This document shows, piece after piece, positions 1 through 18,344 of a stretch of 64,000 bases of DNA. A program made the position numbers and the translations under genes. Position 1 is the first letter of the stretch; each line of letters starts with the position of its first letter. The DNA lies in assembly GCF_009914755.1 (NCBI RefSeq), contig NC_060925.1; one strand, given 5' to 3'. Below the pieces are notes generated by a model, which was given only the letters and a program-made list of their open reading frames with translations, was not told the origin of the DNA and searched no databases. The stretch comes from the human T2T-CHM13v2.0 reference genome, Homo sapiens.

Positions 1-281
<281 letters not shown>

Positions 282-916
282 TTCCAGACAGTTCTTAATG
301 GATGGGTAGGAATTTGCCAAATATATCTAGGAGAGAAATTCCTGGCGAAGGGAGCAATTTGTACAAATAGATGAGAAATGAAGAGTTTGCAGATTACCAG
401 CAAGGCTTTCTAATTTCCACATGTAGCTTGAGGCACATGTTATCAATTGTAGGATGTTACCTCCCTTAACTATCCAGTGCCAGCCAGCCTAGAGTAGATC
501 ATGGGGTAAAGAAAAGAAAGCTGCTCTTTCCCCTAATTATATATTCAGAGGTTGAAAATTAGTCTTTGATGTGAATATGTATTTGTGTGATTTGCTAGTA
601 ATTTCTGTTGGTCATCACGTCCTAGAGGAAAGTGACTTCTTCCTAACCCCTCACTGGAGTTTACCTCCCTCAGACATCTCAAGCCATAAGAAAGAAGTAT
701 GCTGAATTAAGCTGAGGGAGCTATAATTAAAATAGTCAATAGCTGATTTTCCTAGGTAATCCAATTTGTATTCATACTTCAGCATAAAAATACATTTAAT
801 TTAAAGCATTCTACTCTTGTGATTGATCTTGTAAACTGCTTATTAAAAATATAGGCTGGGCACAGTGGCTCACTCCTGTAATCCCAGCACTTTGGGAGGC
901 CGAGGCAGGCGGATCA

Positions 917-1240
<324 letters not shown>

Positions 1241-2056
1241 TCATGAGGTCAGGAGATCTAGACCATTCTGGCCTCCCAAGTAGCTGGGACTACAGGCACG
1301 TGCCACCATGCCCAGCTAATTTTTGTATTTTTAGTAAAGACAGGGTTTCACCATGTTAGCCAGGATGGTCTTGATCTCTTGACCTCGTGATTCACCTGCC
1401 TCGGCCTCCCAAAGTGCTGGGATTACAGGCGTGAGCCACCGCACCAGCCACTACAATACAATTTTTATAGTGAATTTAAAACACCAAACACCACATTCCA
1501 AAAAGAACTCTGAGTCAGACACCAACAGTAAAAGCTTACCGTGATCTCAGTCTGTCTTTAGTAATGAAGCCCAATGACTAACATATAAGAAGACAATTCA
1601 AACTATACTTTGTTCAGGAAAAGGAAGATAAAGTCTTCCACATCTTCTGGATGGAACCTGGGAAAGATATTCCACAGTGTCTTACTGCTTATAAACAATT
1701 TTAACAAATCAGCATTAGCTTAATGGAGGGAAGGAACAATTCATGGCTTCCTGATGAGAAATTCAGTTCACATTTATGTGGCCTGCTTTGGAGCAACTTG
1801 TGCTGTTAGCTGATGATCTTAAGTTTCTCTGTTGAGCACTACCTGTGGAACTGTCCAAATCTGGGCTTTTAGGAAAATAATATCTTGGCCGGGCACAGTG
1901 GCTCACGCCTGTAATCCCAGCACTTTGGGAGGCCGAAGTGGGCAGATCATGAGGTTAGGAGTTCGAGACGAGCCTGACCAACATGGTGAAACCCTATCTC
2001 TACTAAAAATACAAAAATTAGCTGGGTGTGGTGGCTCACGCCTGTAATCCCAGCTA

Positions 2057-2201
<145 letters not shown>

Positions 2202-3377
2202 TTATAGGTTATATGTGGTAATTAGAAACAGTTCTTTAATAAAACAAGGAAGGCTTAGGTCGGGTGCAGTGGCTCATGCCTATAATCCCAGCACTTTGGG
2301 AAGCTGAGGCTAGAGGATCTCTCTCTCTCTTTTTTTTTTTTTTTTTGAGTAAAACTTTAAATTTTTCTCCCACTAGGATCTCTTGAGTCCAGGAGTTTGA
2401 GACTGCCTGGACAACATAGTGTGACCCTGTCTCTATAAAAAAAAATTAAAAAATTAGCTGGGTGGGTGGCACATGCCTGATGTTCTAGCTACTCCGGAGG
2501 CTGAGGTGGGAGGATTACTTGAGGCCAGGAGTTCCAGTGAGCTATGATCGCACCTCTGCACTCCAGCCTAAGTGACAGAGCAAGACTCTGTCTGTAAAAA
2601 AAAATAAAAATGAAAAAAGGCTCTCATTAGAGGGCTTTAAGTGCTGTCTAAATCTCAATGGTAGCTTCAATTCCTTTGCCTATTAAATCTTATTTTTCTA
2701 AGGTGTTTTATTTTTTTTGAGACAGGGTCTCACTATCATCCAGGCTGGAGTTCAATAGCACGATCTCAGCTCACTGCAACTTCGCATCCTGGGCTCAAAC
2801 AATCCTTCTGCCTCAGCTTCCCAAGTAGCTGGGATCACTGGCATGTGCCACCATGCCTGACTAATTTTTGTATTTTTTTTTTTTTGTAGAGATGGGGTTT
2901 TACCATGTTACCCAGGCTGGTCTTGAACTCCTGGACTCAAGCAACCCCCGCTTGGCCTCCCAAAGTGCTGGGATTAGAGGCGTGAGCCACTGCACCTGAC
3001 CTAAGGTTTCTTGTTCTTTCCCTAAGTAAAATAGGAAGAGAATCACAAATTTTAATTCTGCTACTTCCCCTTGAGGGACTAAGCTGGGGAGAATAAGTAC
3101 TCTAAAAAGGGAGTATCTTATTAGCTAACAAATAACAAGAGATAGCTGTCTACTTCTTACAAAGTTAAAGTGATTCTTCCTTTTACATTTCTAAAACATA
3201 ATGCATGGAAGACTAAAATGAACTCAAGGCTTTATTGTTAATTTTAATGTCATTAGTGTGCCAGTATCGTCCTACCTTTCTGCTTGTCTACTTACCAATT
3301 AGCACAGAGTAAATACTGATTGTTAGAAGAAAAATGAAACATGATGGTCAGGGAACATGTAGTGTCTTGGCACATAG

Positions 3378-3759
<382 letters not shown>

Positions 3760-4299
3760 TGAGACAGTCTCGCTCTGTCACCCAGGCTAGAGTGCAATGG
3801 TGCAATCTTGGTCACTGCAACCTCCGCTTCCTGGATTCAAGCCATTCTCCTGCCTCAGCCTCCTGAGTAGCTGGGATTACAGGCTCCCGCCACCACGCCC
3901 GGCTAATATTTGTATTTTTAGTAGAGAGGGGTTTCACCATGTTGGTCAGGCTCTTCTTGAACTCCTAATCTCATGATCCGCCCACCTTGGCCTCCCAAAG
4001 TGCTGGGATTACAGGCGTGAGCCACTGCACCTGTCTAAATTTAGCATTTCTAAGAGATTAGTTGTAGAGCATGGACTTCCTTGGAAAATAAATATTTCTT
4101 TTGGAGCTTAAAAATTCTTGGCCATTTATACAAGAGTTTCAGTAAGTCCGGGAGTCAGACTAAGGATACCTGGATTTTAGTCCTGGCTCTGAGCAGGCAT
4201 TTAACCTCTTTGAACCTCAGTTTCCTCCTTCTGCAAAAAGTAGGAGATTGAAATTGAGCCAAAAGATTGCTAAGAATCCTTTCTTTTTTTTTTTTTTGA

Positions 4300-4404
<105 letters not shown>

Positions 4405-4593
4405 TGAGTAGCTGGGACTACAGGCACGTACCACCAAGCCCAGCTAATTTTTGTATTTTTAGTAGAGACGGGATTTCACCATGTTGGCCAAGATGTTCTC
4501 AATCTCCTGACCTTGCGATCTGCCTACCCTGGCCTCCCAAAGTGCTGGGATTACAGGCATGAGCCACTGTGCCCAGCCCCTTTCATTCTTTAA

Positions 4594-4857
<264 letters not shown>

Positions 4858-5529
4858 TAGATCCATAAATCTATCTTGTTATACTCTTGTATGGTCATGT
4901 CTACATAAATTAGATTAGAAGGTACTGTTTCTGGGCTGTGTGTGTGTGTGTATTTTCAATGTGCCCAGTTTGAACTTACCCAAATATTCAAGGTAATGCT
5001 TTTATCTGGGTCCTTCCATTTGCTTAATATTTCTATACACCAACTGGTTGTGTTCAGACTTTCTCTCTGGCCTGCTTCTTCCAACTTGCTCCCTGGAGTC
5101 ATACTCTTGACCTGGCCCCTCCTTTCTCGATTTGCATTTATTGAGAGGTTTTCAGGTACCAGGAACATTACAAAGCACTTTATTTCTGTTCATGTCATTT
5201 AATCCTTACAAATTCCCTGTATTAACAATTTTTTTTTCTTCGAGACAGAGTCTCGCCCTGTTGCCCAGGCTGGAGTGCGGTGGCATGATCATGGCTCACT
5301 GCAACCTCTGCTTCCTGAGTTCAAGCGATTCTCACGCCTCAGCCTCCTGAGTATCTGAGATTACAGGCATGTGCCACCACTCCCAGCTAATTTTTGTATT
5401 TTTAGTAGAGCCAGGGTTTCACCATGTTGGCCAGGCTGGTCTCAAACTCCTGACCTCAGGTGATCTGCCTGCCTTGGCCTCCTAAAGTGCTGGGATTATA
5501 GGCGTGAGCCACCACGTCCAGCCTTGTAC

Positions 5530-5680
5530 TAGTAATTGTTGTATACTTTTATAATACTAGAAAACTGAGACTTAGAGAGGTGAAGTAACTTGTCTAGTGT
5601 TAACACTTAATAAGTGGTAGAGCTGGAATTAAAATTTCAATCTGACTCCAAAGCTCATGCTCTTAAGCAATATACTGTGT
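5530..5680 (-). mobile_element. MIR fragment
   Basis: GAAAACTGAGACTTAGAGAGGTGAAGTAACTTG…TCTGACTCCAAAGCTCATGCTCTTAA core. Confidence 0.7.
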
Positions 5681-7105
5681 TAGTTCCATGATGATGATGA
5701 TGGTGATAACGATGTTGTTAATTACAATATGTTGAGCACCTCCTGAGTGACAAGCAATGCATTGCCACCTTTTGCATTCCCATTTTACAATAGTGGAAAC
5801 TGCTTTTGCTCATGGTCTGCTTTTAGGCTAATAAGTATAAGTACCTAGGTTCCAAAGTATTGGGCATTATTGAATTGTGCTTTCAGTGCATTTTTCCTTT
5901 TACTTTCTTTCCTGTTTTAATGGTCAACATCATAATGTTTTTCTAATTACTACCAGTATTAACAATTTAATGTTGTCTGAATGTTTCTGTACTTTTTTCC
6001 CTTACTGATGCCTTAGCATTGAGGTTTTCTTATTTGTTACCTTTGCTGTTTTTTCTCTATCAAAAGCAGATAATGGGGCTAAGATAATAGAGAAGGGATT
6101 GTACCAAGGACAAGCTAAGTACAGGAAAGTTCAGATGCTAGAAATCTTTCTGGGATCTCAGTTTGGAGAATAAAGATTTAAATGAAAAACTCCCATTTTT
6201 TGGTAGCTGTCTTTTTTTAAAAAATTATTTTAATTTTTTTTTTTAGAGACAGGGCTCACTGTGTTGCCGAGGCTGGACTCAAACTCTTGGTGTCAAGTGA
6301 TCCTCCCACCTCAGCCTCCTGAGTAACTGAGACTACAGGTGCACGCCACTCCACCCAGTGGTAGCTGTCTTTTATTGAAGGAATATTAGGGCTTTGGTAC
6401 TTACTAGCTTGGTGATATTAGACACAGGATTTGACCTTACTAGCCCTAGTTTTCTTACCTGAAAATAGGGTAAATAAATATACCTCACAATGCATGGTTA
6501 GTTGTGGTGATGATTAAATGCAGTAACAAGTGTAAAACTCCTTAATATATTACTCAGAATTGTTAGCTTCCTCTTTTACCTTCAGATGTTAGTGGAATAA
6601 TCCAGGTTATGTGGAGGTTATGTTAAGGTTGTGTTATGTGTGTCTTTTTTACATTTAGAAAATTTAGTGTTAGTATACTAAATAAAAATTTATCAAGCTG
6701 TATCCTTAATATTTATGTACTTGGCTATATGTAAGTTAGTTACGGATAAAAAAGGAAAAATCAATGTGCAAACTGGACGTTCATTTGCTGCATGTGATTA
6801 GCTGATCTTTCCATGTATTATGCCCAGCATGTAGGGCTACTCTTTGTAATTTTTTATTCCCCAAGATCATATGGAAATTATTGAGTTTTAGCAAGAAGAG
6901 ACTGTTATATAATACCTTCCAAATATTTATTTCGTTTATTGTTTTAGTAAGCAGATTTTCAGAAATATTTGTTTGTATTCTCAGAAAAGGTATATTCAAT
7001 CCTAAAATACTGTTTCTAATGTTATTAATTCCCAGTACGTAGATCTCACCTTGCTTTAGGCATGCCCACCTACAGGTAGGAAATAAAATTTTAGAATAAG
7101 CAGCA

Positions 7106-7793
7106 TGTCTTAGTCTGTTCAGGCTATTATAACAGAATACTATAGACTGGGGGGCTTAAACAACAAACATTTCTTTCTTTCTTTTATTTTTATTTATTTA
7201 TTTTTGAGACAGGGTCTTGCATTGTTGCCTAGGCTGGAGTGCAGTGGTGTAATCACAGCTCACAACTCACCTCCTGGGCTCAGGCAATCCTCCCACCTCA
7301 CCTCCCCTCCCTCCAGTAGCTGGGACTACTGGCACATGCCACCATGCCTGGCTAATTTTTAAATTTTTTATAGAGACAGAGTCTCATTATGTTACCCACG
7401 CTGATCTCGAGCTCTTGGGCTTAAGTAATCCTTCAGCCTTGGCCTCCCAAAGTGCTAGGATTACAGGCATGAGTCACCAGGCCCAGCCACAGACATTTAT
7501 TTCTAACAGTTCTGGATACTGGGAAGTCCAAGGTCAAGGTGCCAGGAGACTGGGTATCTGTGAGGGCCTTCTTCCTGGTTTCCAGACAGTTGTCTTCTTG
7601 CGTAGCCTCACATGATGGAAAAAGAGAACTCTCTGGGTCTTTTTTGATAAAGTACTAATCCTATTAGTGAGGGCTTTAAAACCCTCAATGACCTAATTAT
7701 CTCCCAAAGAACCCATTTCCTATCACCATCACATTGGTCATTAGAATTTCCATATATAAATTGTAAGGGGACACAAACATTCAGTCCATAACA
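7106..7793 (-). mobile_element. MaLR solo LTR (MLT1A-like) interrupted by an Alu (~7170-7487)
   Basis: TG...CA termini, MLT1A-type text (GGCTATTATAACAGAATAC...CAGTTCTGGATACTGGGAAGTCCAAGGTCAAGG...GGACACAAACATTCAGTCCATAACA), 5-bp flanks CAGCA and CAGTG. Confidence 0.8.
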
Positions 7794-7899
7794 CAGTGAA
7801 ATCTGATACTTTTGAGGTAAACCTGTGTCTAAAACACACCTTTGAATGGACTACTGCTCCTATTAGCCTTTTACTCAAAACCATCCTGGTGTTTTTGTG

Positions 7900-8343
7900 T
7901 GATTAAATTTGTAAATTCTTTGGTGTACTCTTGAGCAGGCTCCCTTTCTTCTGTGACTCAGAGCCTGGAGCGTTGCAGCCAAGCTCAAAAGTCAGGAACG
8001 GGGGTGTGGACTTTTGGGCTATGCCAGTCAGCAGCCAGAATGTGGTTGGCAGTCTCCTCCCCTTCCTGCACTTCAGCTCTACACAGTGTGCATTCTGGAA
8101 TGACAGGCATTCCTGTGTGAAGAGTGCCAGTGTGAAGACAGTTTTGTAAGAACTGCAAGTGCTCAGGCTGTATGGGAAACAGAAACTTCAGCAGATGAAC
8201 TGACCTTATGCCATTTCCTGATGTTTGGCAGTGACACTGAAAGAGGACCGCATGTCCCCTCTTTATGTGGATTTATCTTTTATGAAAAGTTTGCTTTTGT
8301 CCGGGACAGTTTGTTGTCGTGAGATACATCAGACAATATAATC
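7900..8343 (+). promoter_or_regulatory. PHACTR4: Putative alternative (non-CpG-island) promoter and 5'UTR of PHACTR4
   Basis: Repeat-free DNA directly upstream of the MGQ exon. Motifs: AP-1 TGACTCA (7954-7960), KLF-like GGGGTGTGG (~8001), RUNX TGTGGTT (8041-8047), TEAD GGAATG (8097) and CATTCC (8108). The TSS cannot be read from sequence. Confidence 0.6.
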
Positions 8344-8389
8344 ATGGGACAAGCTGATGTCTCCAGACCGGTAAATCCAGATGCAGTTG
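8344..8389 (+). CDS. PHACTR4: PHACTR4 alternative first coding exon (MGQADVSRPVNPDAV + 1 nt, phase 1)
   Basis: ATG in strong Kozak context (ATCATGG), 15 codons + G, then a consensus donor G|GTGAGT at 8390. Joins in frame to the exon at 29039 (G|AG = Glu). Matches the recalled N-terminus of the longer PHACTR4 isoform. Confidence 0.9.
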
Positions 8390-9978
8390 GTGAGTAATAG
8401 AAGGCAGAGAAACAGAAAATCTTGACAGAAGCAAGGCAGATTTACAGGTGAACTTGAGTATTTATGTGAAGTTAAACACGAGAATGTTGATGATCCCAAC
8501 TTTGAAATGTTTATGTTTGTGAAGAATGAATGAAGTCATGCGGAACATGGCGAGAAACTTTAAAAAATTAAGTTTTTTAAAACTTAAAAACTTAAATTCA
8601 GTTTATTAATTTATCGCTCACAGTTTTGTTTTACTTGATCTCTTTGAAGTTTTTTATATTATATTGCTAAGGAATTATCTGTTAATTTCTTGCCGTTACT
8701 AAAGATAAATGCTACAGAAACTTATTTAGAATTCAGAGATATTTTGTTAGTATTTTACAGAACTTGGAAAATAGAACTGTTGACTTCTATAGACAGAACC
8801 ACTTTTAAGAATTAAGTTTTTAGACTTGGTTATACATTTTCCTAATAAGTCTCAGGCATTTTCCATTGCACTAGTGTTTCCGTTTCTCTTAAGTCAACAC
8901 TTTGATATAAACTTTTCTGAAGTTAGTACTTTACATTTGAAATGTTACTAAGGGATAGCTAGAGAGCAAGCTGATTGTGAGTATAGCTCAGAGTTTCAAA
9001 TCTTCTATGTGAAATGGTAGTCACTTGTCACTGCAAGCTCATTTTCCTAATCTTGTAGGGTTTTATATGACAATCATAAATTGGGAAAAACAGTTTTAAG
9101 CAGATGTTCATTAAAGGGTTGCTTAAGTATAAGCAAAACTAGGGAAAGCCTGTGAATCATTTCTAGACATTATAATATTTAAGAAAGATTTATACCTTCA
9201 CTTTGATTTATGGAGCAGCAGAAAACATGTTCAGTCCTAGGCTGCATTTTTTGTTTTTTGTTTTTCAGAAACAAAAAATGTTGGTGACTTAAAAAAAAAG
9301 CATAAAGTGTGGAAACACAGGTAACACTCCCAAATGTTTCATAATGTAGTGAGATTTTGTTTCTAAAGGTAGTATTTTCACCTGAGAGCTTCCTAGATGA
9401 AATATCTTCAGTATTTTTCATGTATTATTGAAACTGAGGCACATGGATCACAAAGTGAGTCATTCAGCAACAGATTTTCAGAACTGAAGTCAGGACTTGA
9501 CTCACTTTACCTTGATCACTAGGGCTGTGTCTTTATCAATTCATTAACTCATTTAAAAAAATGAAATGTTTCATAAATAGAAAAAGGTATAAAGAAAAAT
9601 ATAAAGAATCATCTGGGGCCACTCCCCAGCCTAACAGATGAAATTTAGAACATAAAGATAAACCTCACACTATCCTTCTCTTCTGCATTCCCTTCTGATG
9701 ACATTTTGCTTCTTTGTTTCCAGAATTAAACACTCTCCTATATTTGATAAATAACTCACTTTTGGGCTGTAAATTCTCCTGTGGTTTCTACGCCAAACAT
9801 TAGTTGTTTGTTAGCAAGTATAGTAAGGACTCAATGCTAGGCATTTATCTATGAGATGGAAATGAAAGGGCTTTGACAAACAATAAATTGTAAAGCAAGT
9901 AAAATTTAGTGGTGAGTGGTGGTATTTAAGAAGAATGCCCATCTAAGATCTATATACTGTATTAAAAACTTCATCTGA

Positions 9979-10488
<510 letters not shown>

Positions 10489-11824
10489 AAATTCATCAAT
10501 TCTATTCCTACCAGTAGCCCTAATAAAAGACATTTGAGGAAGAAATAGAAATCAGGAGCTTAACTAAGTTTTTTATGTTTCCTCTGGATTTAATTTTGGG
10601 GTTTTATTTCCTATTACCTAGATAATAAGTAGTTGACTATCAGCAGTTTTCATGGACTGACTCCATTATTATGCTATTTATAATTCAGGATGTATTCTGT
10701 TTGAGCAGATCAGGACCAGGTTATGAAGGCTTAACTGAAAACCTTGAGGACTATACCAATTCCAATAAAGGTTTTCACCAAACAACAGTTTCTTAATTTA
10801 ATTTTCAAAGCCTTTATGTGGGTAGCTGTTTGGAAAATCTCACCATTTTACTTGGAATGATAAATATACAAAGTAAATTAAAACCTAAATTATCTGTTTA
10901 CTATTCTAGGCCTATAATACAGCACTTAGTTTTGAGCTTTGAAATTAATAGTACTAGATTTAGCAAGTCAACTGATGCAAAACACATGAATGAATATATT
11001 GAATTGATTTATTATTACTTTCAGGCACTGTGAATAACATAGAGGCCCCTATGTAGATATTATTCATGTCTATGCCCTCAAGAAGTTTGTCTTCTAGTTG
11101 AGAATTTAAAATATGAAAAAGTATCCAAAATATTTGTAAAATTTTTTTAAAGATTAAGGCATACTTCTTTTTTTTTAATTTAATTTTATTTTTTTTTTAC
11201 TTAAAAAATATTTGTGTGTGTGAAAATGGGGTCTCACTGTCGTGACCAGGCTGGTCTCGAACTCTAGCCTCAATTGATCCTCCCACCTCGGGCTCCCAAA
11301 GTGCTAGGATTACAGGTGTGAGCCACCAGTCCTGCAGTTAAAAAAAGGACCCACTCCTTTAAGTTAATTGATTCCCTTGACTTGTAATGGAAGGCCAGCG
11401 CTATTAACCAAAGAGTCTGCTTTCAAATAAATAACCTTTGCATGAGGATTCATATGCAAATTTATGAGATGTTATAACCATATCCAACCAGAGTTTCTAC
11501 TGTAGGATCTTTCTAACAACTGGTGAACTGAGTATTTGAATGTACATTAGGAATCTATGCTGTGGTATCCATTCAAGGAAATAAGTTCTCATCAGTTCAT
11601 TGAAAAAAATTAAATAAAATACGTTCATAGGAGAAGCATGTAGATTTATCTAGATAAAACATTGCAATCAGGGCAGAGTGCATTGGTTCGTGTCTATAAT
11701 CCCAGCACTTTGGGAGGCTGACGCAGGAGAATCACTTGAGTCCAGGAGTTTGGGATCAGCCTGGGCAACATAGGGCAACACCGTTTCTACAAAAATAAAA
11801 ATTTAGCCACTGTGGTGGTACTTA

Positions 11825-11971
<147 letters not shown>

Positions 11972-12206
11972 TCAAATCCTACTTTGTAGTTCTTAATGAA
12001 CATAAAAACTGTTTTTTTGCTCACCAAAATTCTTTACTATGTGTCATATTAAAACAACTAGCTAATTATCACATATCCTTAAATTAGGCACAAGACCGAA
12101 GAATTTTTTCAATTTATTTTTTATTTTTTAAATGTATTTTTTTGGCTGGGCGCAGTGTCTCATGCCTGTAATCCCAGCACTTTGGGAGGCCAAGGCGGGT
12201 GAATCA

Positions 12207-12463
<257 letters not shown>

Positions 12464-12490
12464 TTATTTATTTACTTTTTTTTGAGATGA

Positions 12491-12619
<129 letters not shown>

Positions 12620-12769
12620 TAAGCCTGGCTAATTTTTGTATTTTTGTAGAGACGGGGTTTCGCCATGTTGGCCAGGTTGCTTTCAAACTCCTGACCTCAA
12701 GTGATCCGCCTGCCTTGGCTTCCCAAAGTGCTGGGATTACAAGTGTGAGCCACTGTGCCTGGCAAATTT

Positions 12770-14170
<1,401 letters not shown>

Positions 14171-14172
14171 GG

Positions 14173-14205
<33 letters not shown>

Positions 14206-14516
14206 AGACAGAGTCTTGCTCTGTCGCCAGGCTGGAATGCAGTGGCGTGAGCAGTCTTGGCTCACTGCAACCTCCGACTCCCTGGTTCAGGCTGTTCTCC
14301 TGCCCCAGCCTCCCGAGTAGCTGGGATTACAGGCACGTGCCACCATGACCAGCTAATTTTTGTATTTTTAATACAGACAGGGTTTCACCATGTTGGCCAG
14401 GATGGTCTTGATCTCCTGACCTTGTGATCCGCCCACTTCAGCCTCCCAAAGTACTGGGACTACAGGCATAAGCCACAGCCCTTGGCCTATTTGGGCATTT
14501 TTATGTCTTCTTTTGA

Positions 14517-14792
<276 letters not shown>

Positions 14793-15220
14793 TAGCCAGG
14801 ATGGTCTCGATCTCCTGACCTCGTGATCCACTTGCCTCGGCATCCCAAAGTGCTGGGATTACAGGTGTGAGCCACTGCGCCCAGCCTCCCATTTTTATAT
14901 TATTTAACTATTTATTTATTTATTTTATTTTTTTGAGGCAGAGTCTTTCTCTGTTGCCCAGGCGGAGTGCAGTGGCACGATTTCAGCTCACTGCAACCTC
15001 CACCTCTCGGGTTCAAGCAATTCTCTGCCTCAGCCTCCTGAGTAGCTGGGATTACAGGCGCCTGCCAGCATGCCCGACTAATTTTTGTATTTTAGGTAGA
15101 GACGGGGTTTCACCATCTTGGCCAGGCTGGTCCTGAACTCCTGACCTCATGATCCACCTGCCTCAGCCCCCCAAAGTGCTGGGATTACAGGCGTGAGCCA
15201 CCTCACCTGGCCATATTTAA

Positions 15221-15382
<162 letters not shown>

Positions 15383-16279
15383 TAATAAATTCTCTCCAAC
15401 CATTTGGCTTGGAACTTTCCTTCTCTGTCTTTCCATTTTACCTCTCTTTTTTTTTCCTTTTTGCCCCTTCATTTACCCTAATTCACTAATTAACTTTTCC
15501 CCCCACTTTTCTTTTGCATAATAATATATTGCTATAAAAGATACTGTATGTTCTCTTTCCTACATTCCTTTTCCATAACCATTTGATTTATTTTCTCTGA
15601 AACTTGGAGTTATGGGGTTCTCACCCTTATGATACTGGAAGCAGTTTTGGGGAACGTGATTTGGAAATATATCATCCCCCATCTCTACAAAAAAAATGTA
15701 ACAATTAGTCAGGTGTGGTGGTGCACACCTGCAGTCCCAGCTGTTCAGGAGGCTGAGATGGGAGGATCACTTGAGCCCAGGAGGTTGAGGCTGCAGTGAG
15801 CCATGATCATGTCACTGCACTGCAGCCTGGCTAACAGAGCGAGACTGTGTTTGAAAAACAAAAAAGAAAGGAAAAGAAATATATTATCACTTAGAGGCAA
15901 AATCCTAAGGAGATTGCAGGATGAATAAAATTTAACATAGCTACATAACAACAATAAAACTGGAGTAAATAATAGGTTAATTTAAAATAAAGTACTTCAT
16001 GAGATTTTGGAGAAAAAGGCTTAGTAGTATTTGGTTATCAGAATTATAAAGACATTTCTCATACCTGTCTGCTGTTTATCTAACAGTAAATGCTTTCTTT
16101 TAAAAAAGGAGAAACAGGCATACTTTCCTCATGTAATCCAGTGTTCAGGAGGAGGTGGCAATATAGGGGTCTGTCATAAACTCCTTAAAAGATTCTCTGT
16201 TATCAAATTTGGACTACCAACCAAAACTTATTGATCCCTCTCTCTGCTCCAGTGGATTTTCTAAATAGGCCATTAATAA

Positions 16280-17311
<1,032 letters not shown>

Positions 17312-17371
17312 ACCTATTATCACAACCTACATATGTATTTCCTCTTTCTTTTTTCTTTTTTTTTTTTTTGA

Positions 17372-17572
<201 letters not shown>

Positions 17573-18344
17573 TGAGTGAATAGCTTATATTCTGGCCCTT
17601 CACTATAAAAACATACCCTTAACCTGGAATTTTTTGTCAGAACAGTGTGCACATTAAGTTGCCAGTGGTAAAGCAACTTCACTTCTTGATACAATCATAG
17701 GCAGAAAACTATTTTTCCAGAGGTAGAATCTCAGACATAACTGTACCTGCAAGTTCAGAGAGAGACCTTCCACCTGACTATCTTCTCCTGACGGCTTTAC
17801 CGAGTTCTTTCTAATTCCCAAGGGTCAGATCTATGCAATATTTCCACAGGAAGTTGTGGGCCTTCTCTATACAAAGCCTGCTTTGTTCATTAGTGGCAGG
17901 TTTATTTTCTGTAATTTTGCCGAAGTTTTCTGAAACAGTTGTTTAAAGCCAATAATAATCCTCTTTTAGAAGGCAAAAATGAATAAGTACAGTAGTGTAA
18001 ATACCATAAATGAATGTTCTACGTTTACAATGTTCTGATACTGTGAAAAGGTTGTTTATAGCAAATCTGTTTCCAGCTAGGTGGGCTTAAAAACAGACTA
18101 AACCATTATATTATGAAGATATTTGGTACTTCTTCACAGTGAAGTATGTATACCTTGTTGAATAAAATCATACATTAAAATTTTGGACAAATAGGCTGGG
18201 CACGGTGGCTCATGCCTGTAATCCTAGCACTTTGGGAGGTCGAAGCGGATAGATCACTGTTGGCCAGGCTGGCTGGAACTCCTGACCTCAGGTGATCACA
18301 CCATTGCACTCCAGCCTGGGTGACAGAGCAAGACTTTGTTTCAA

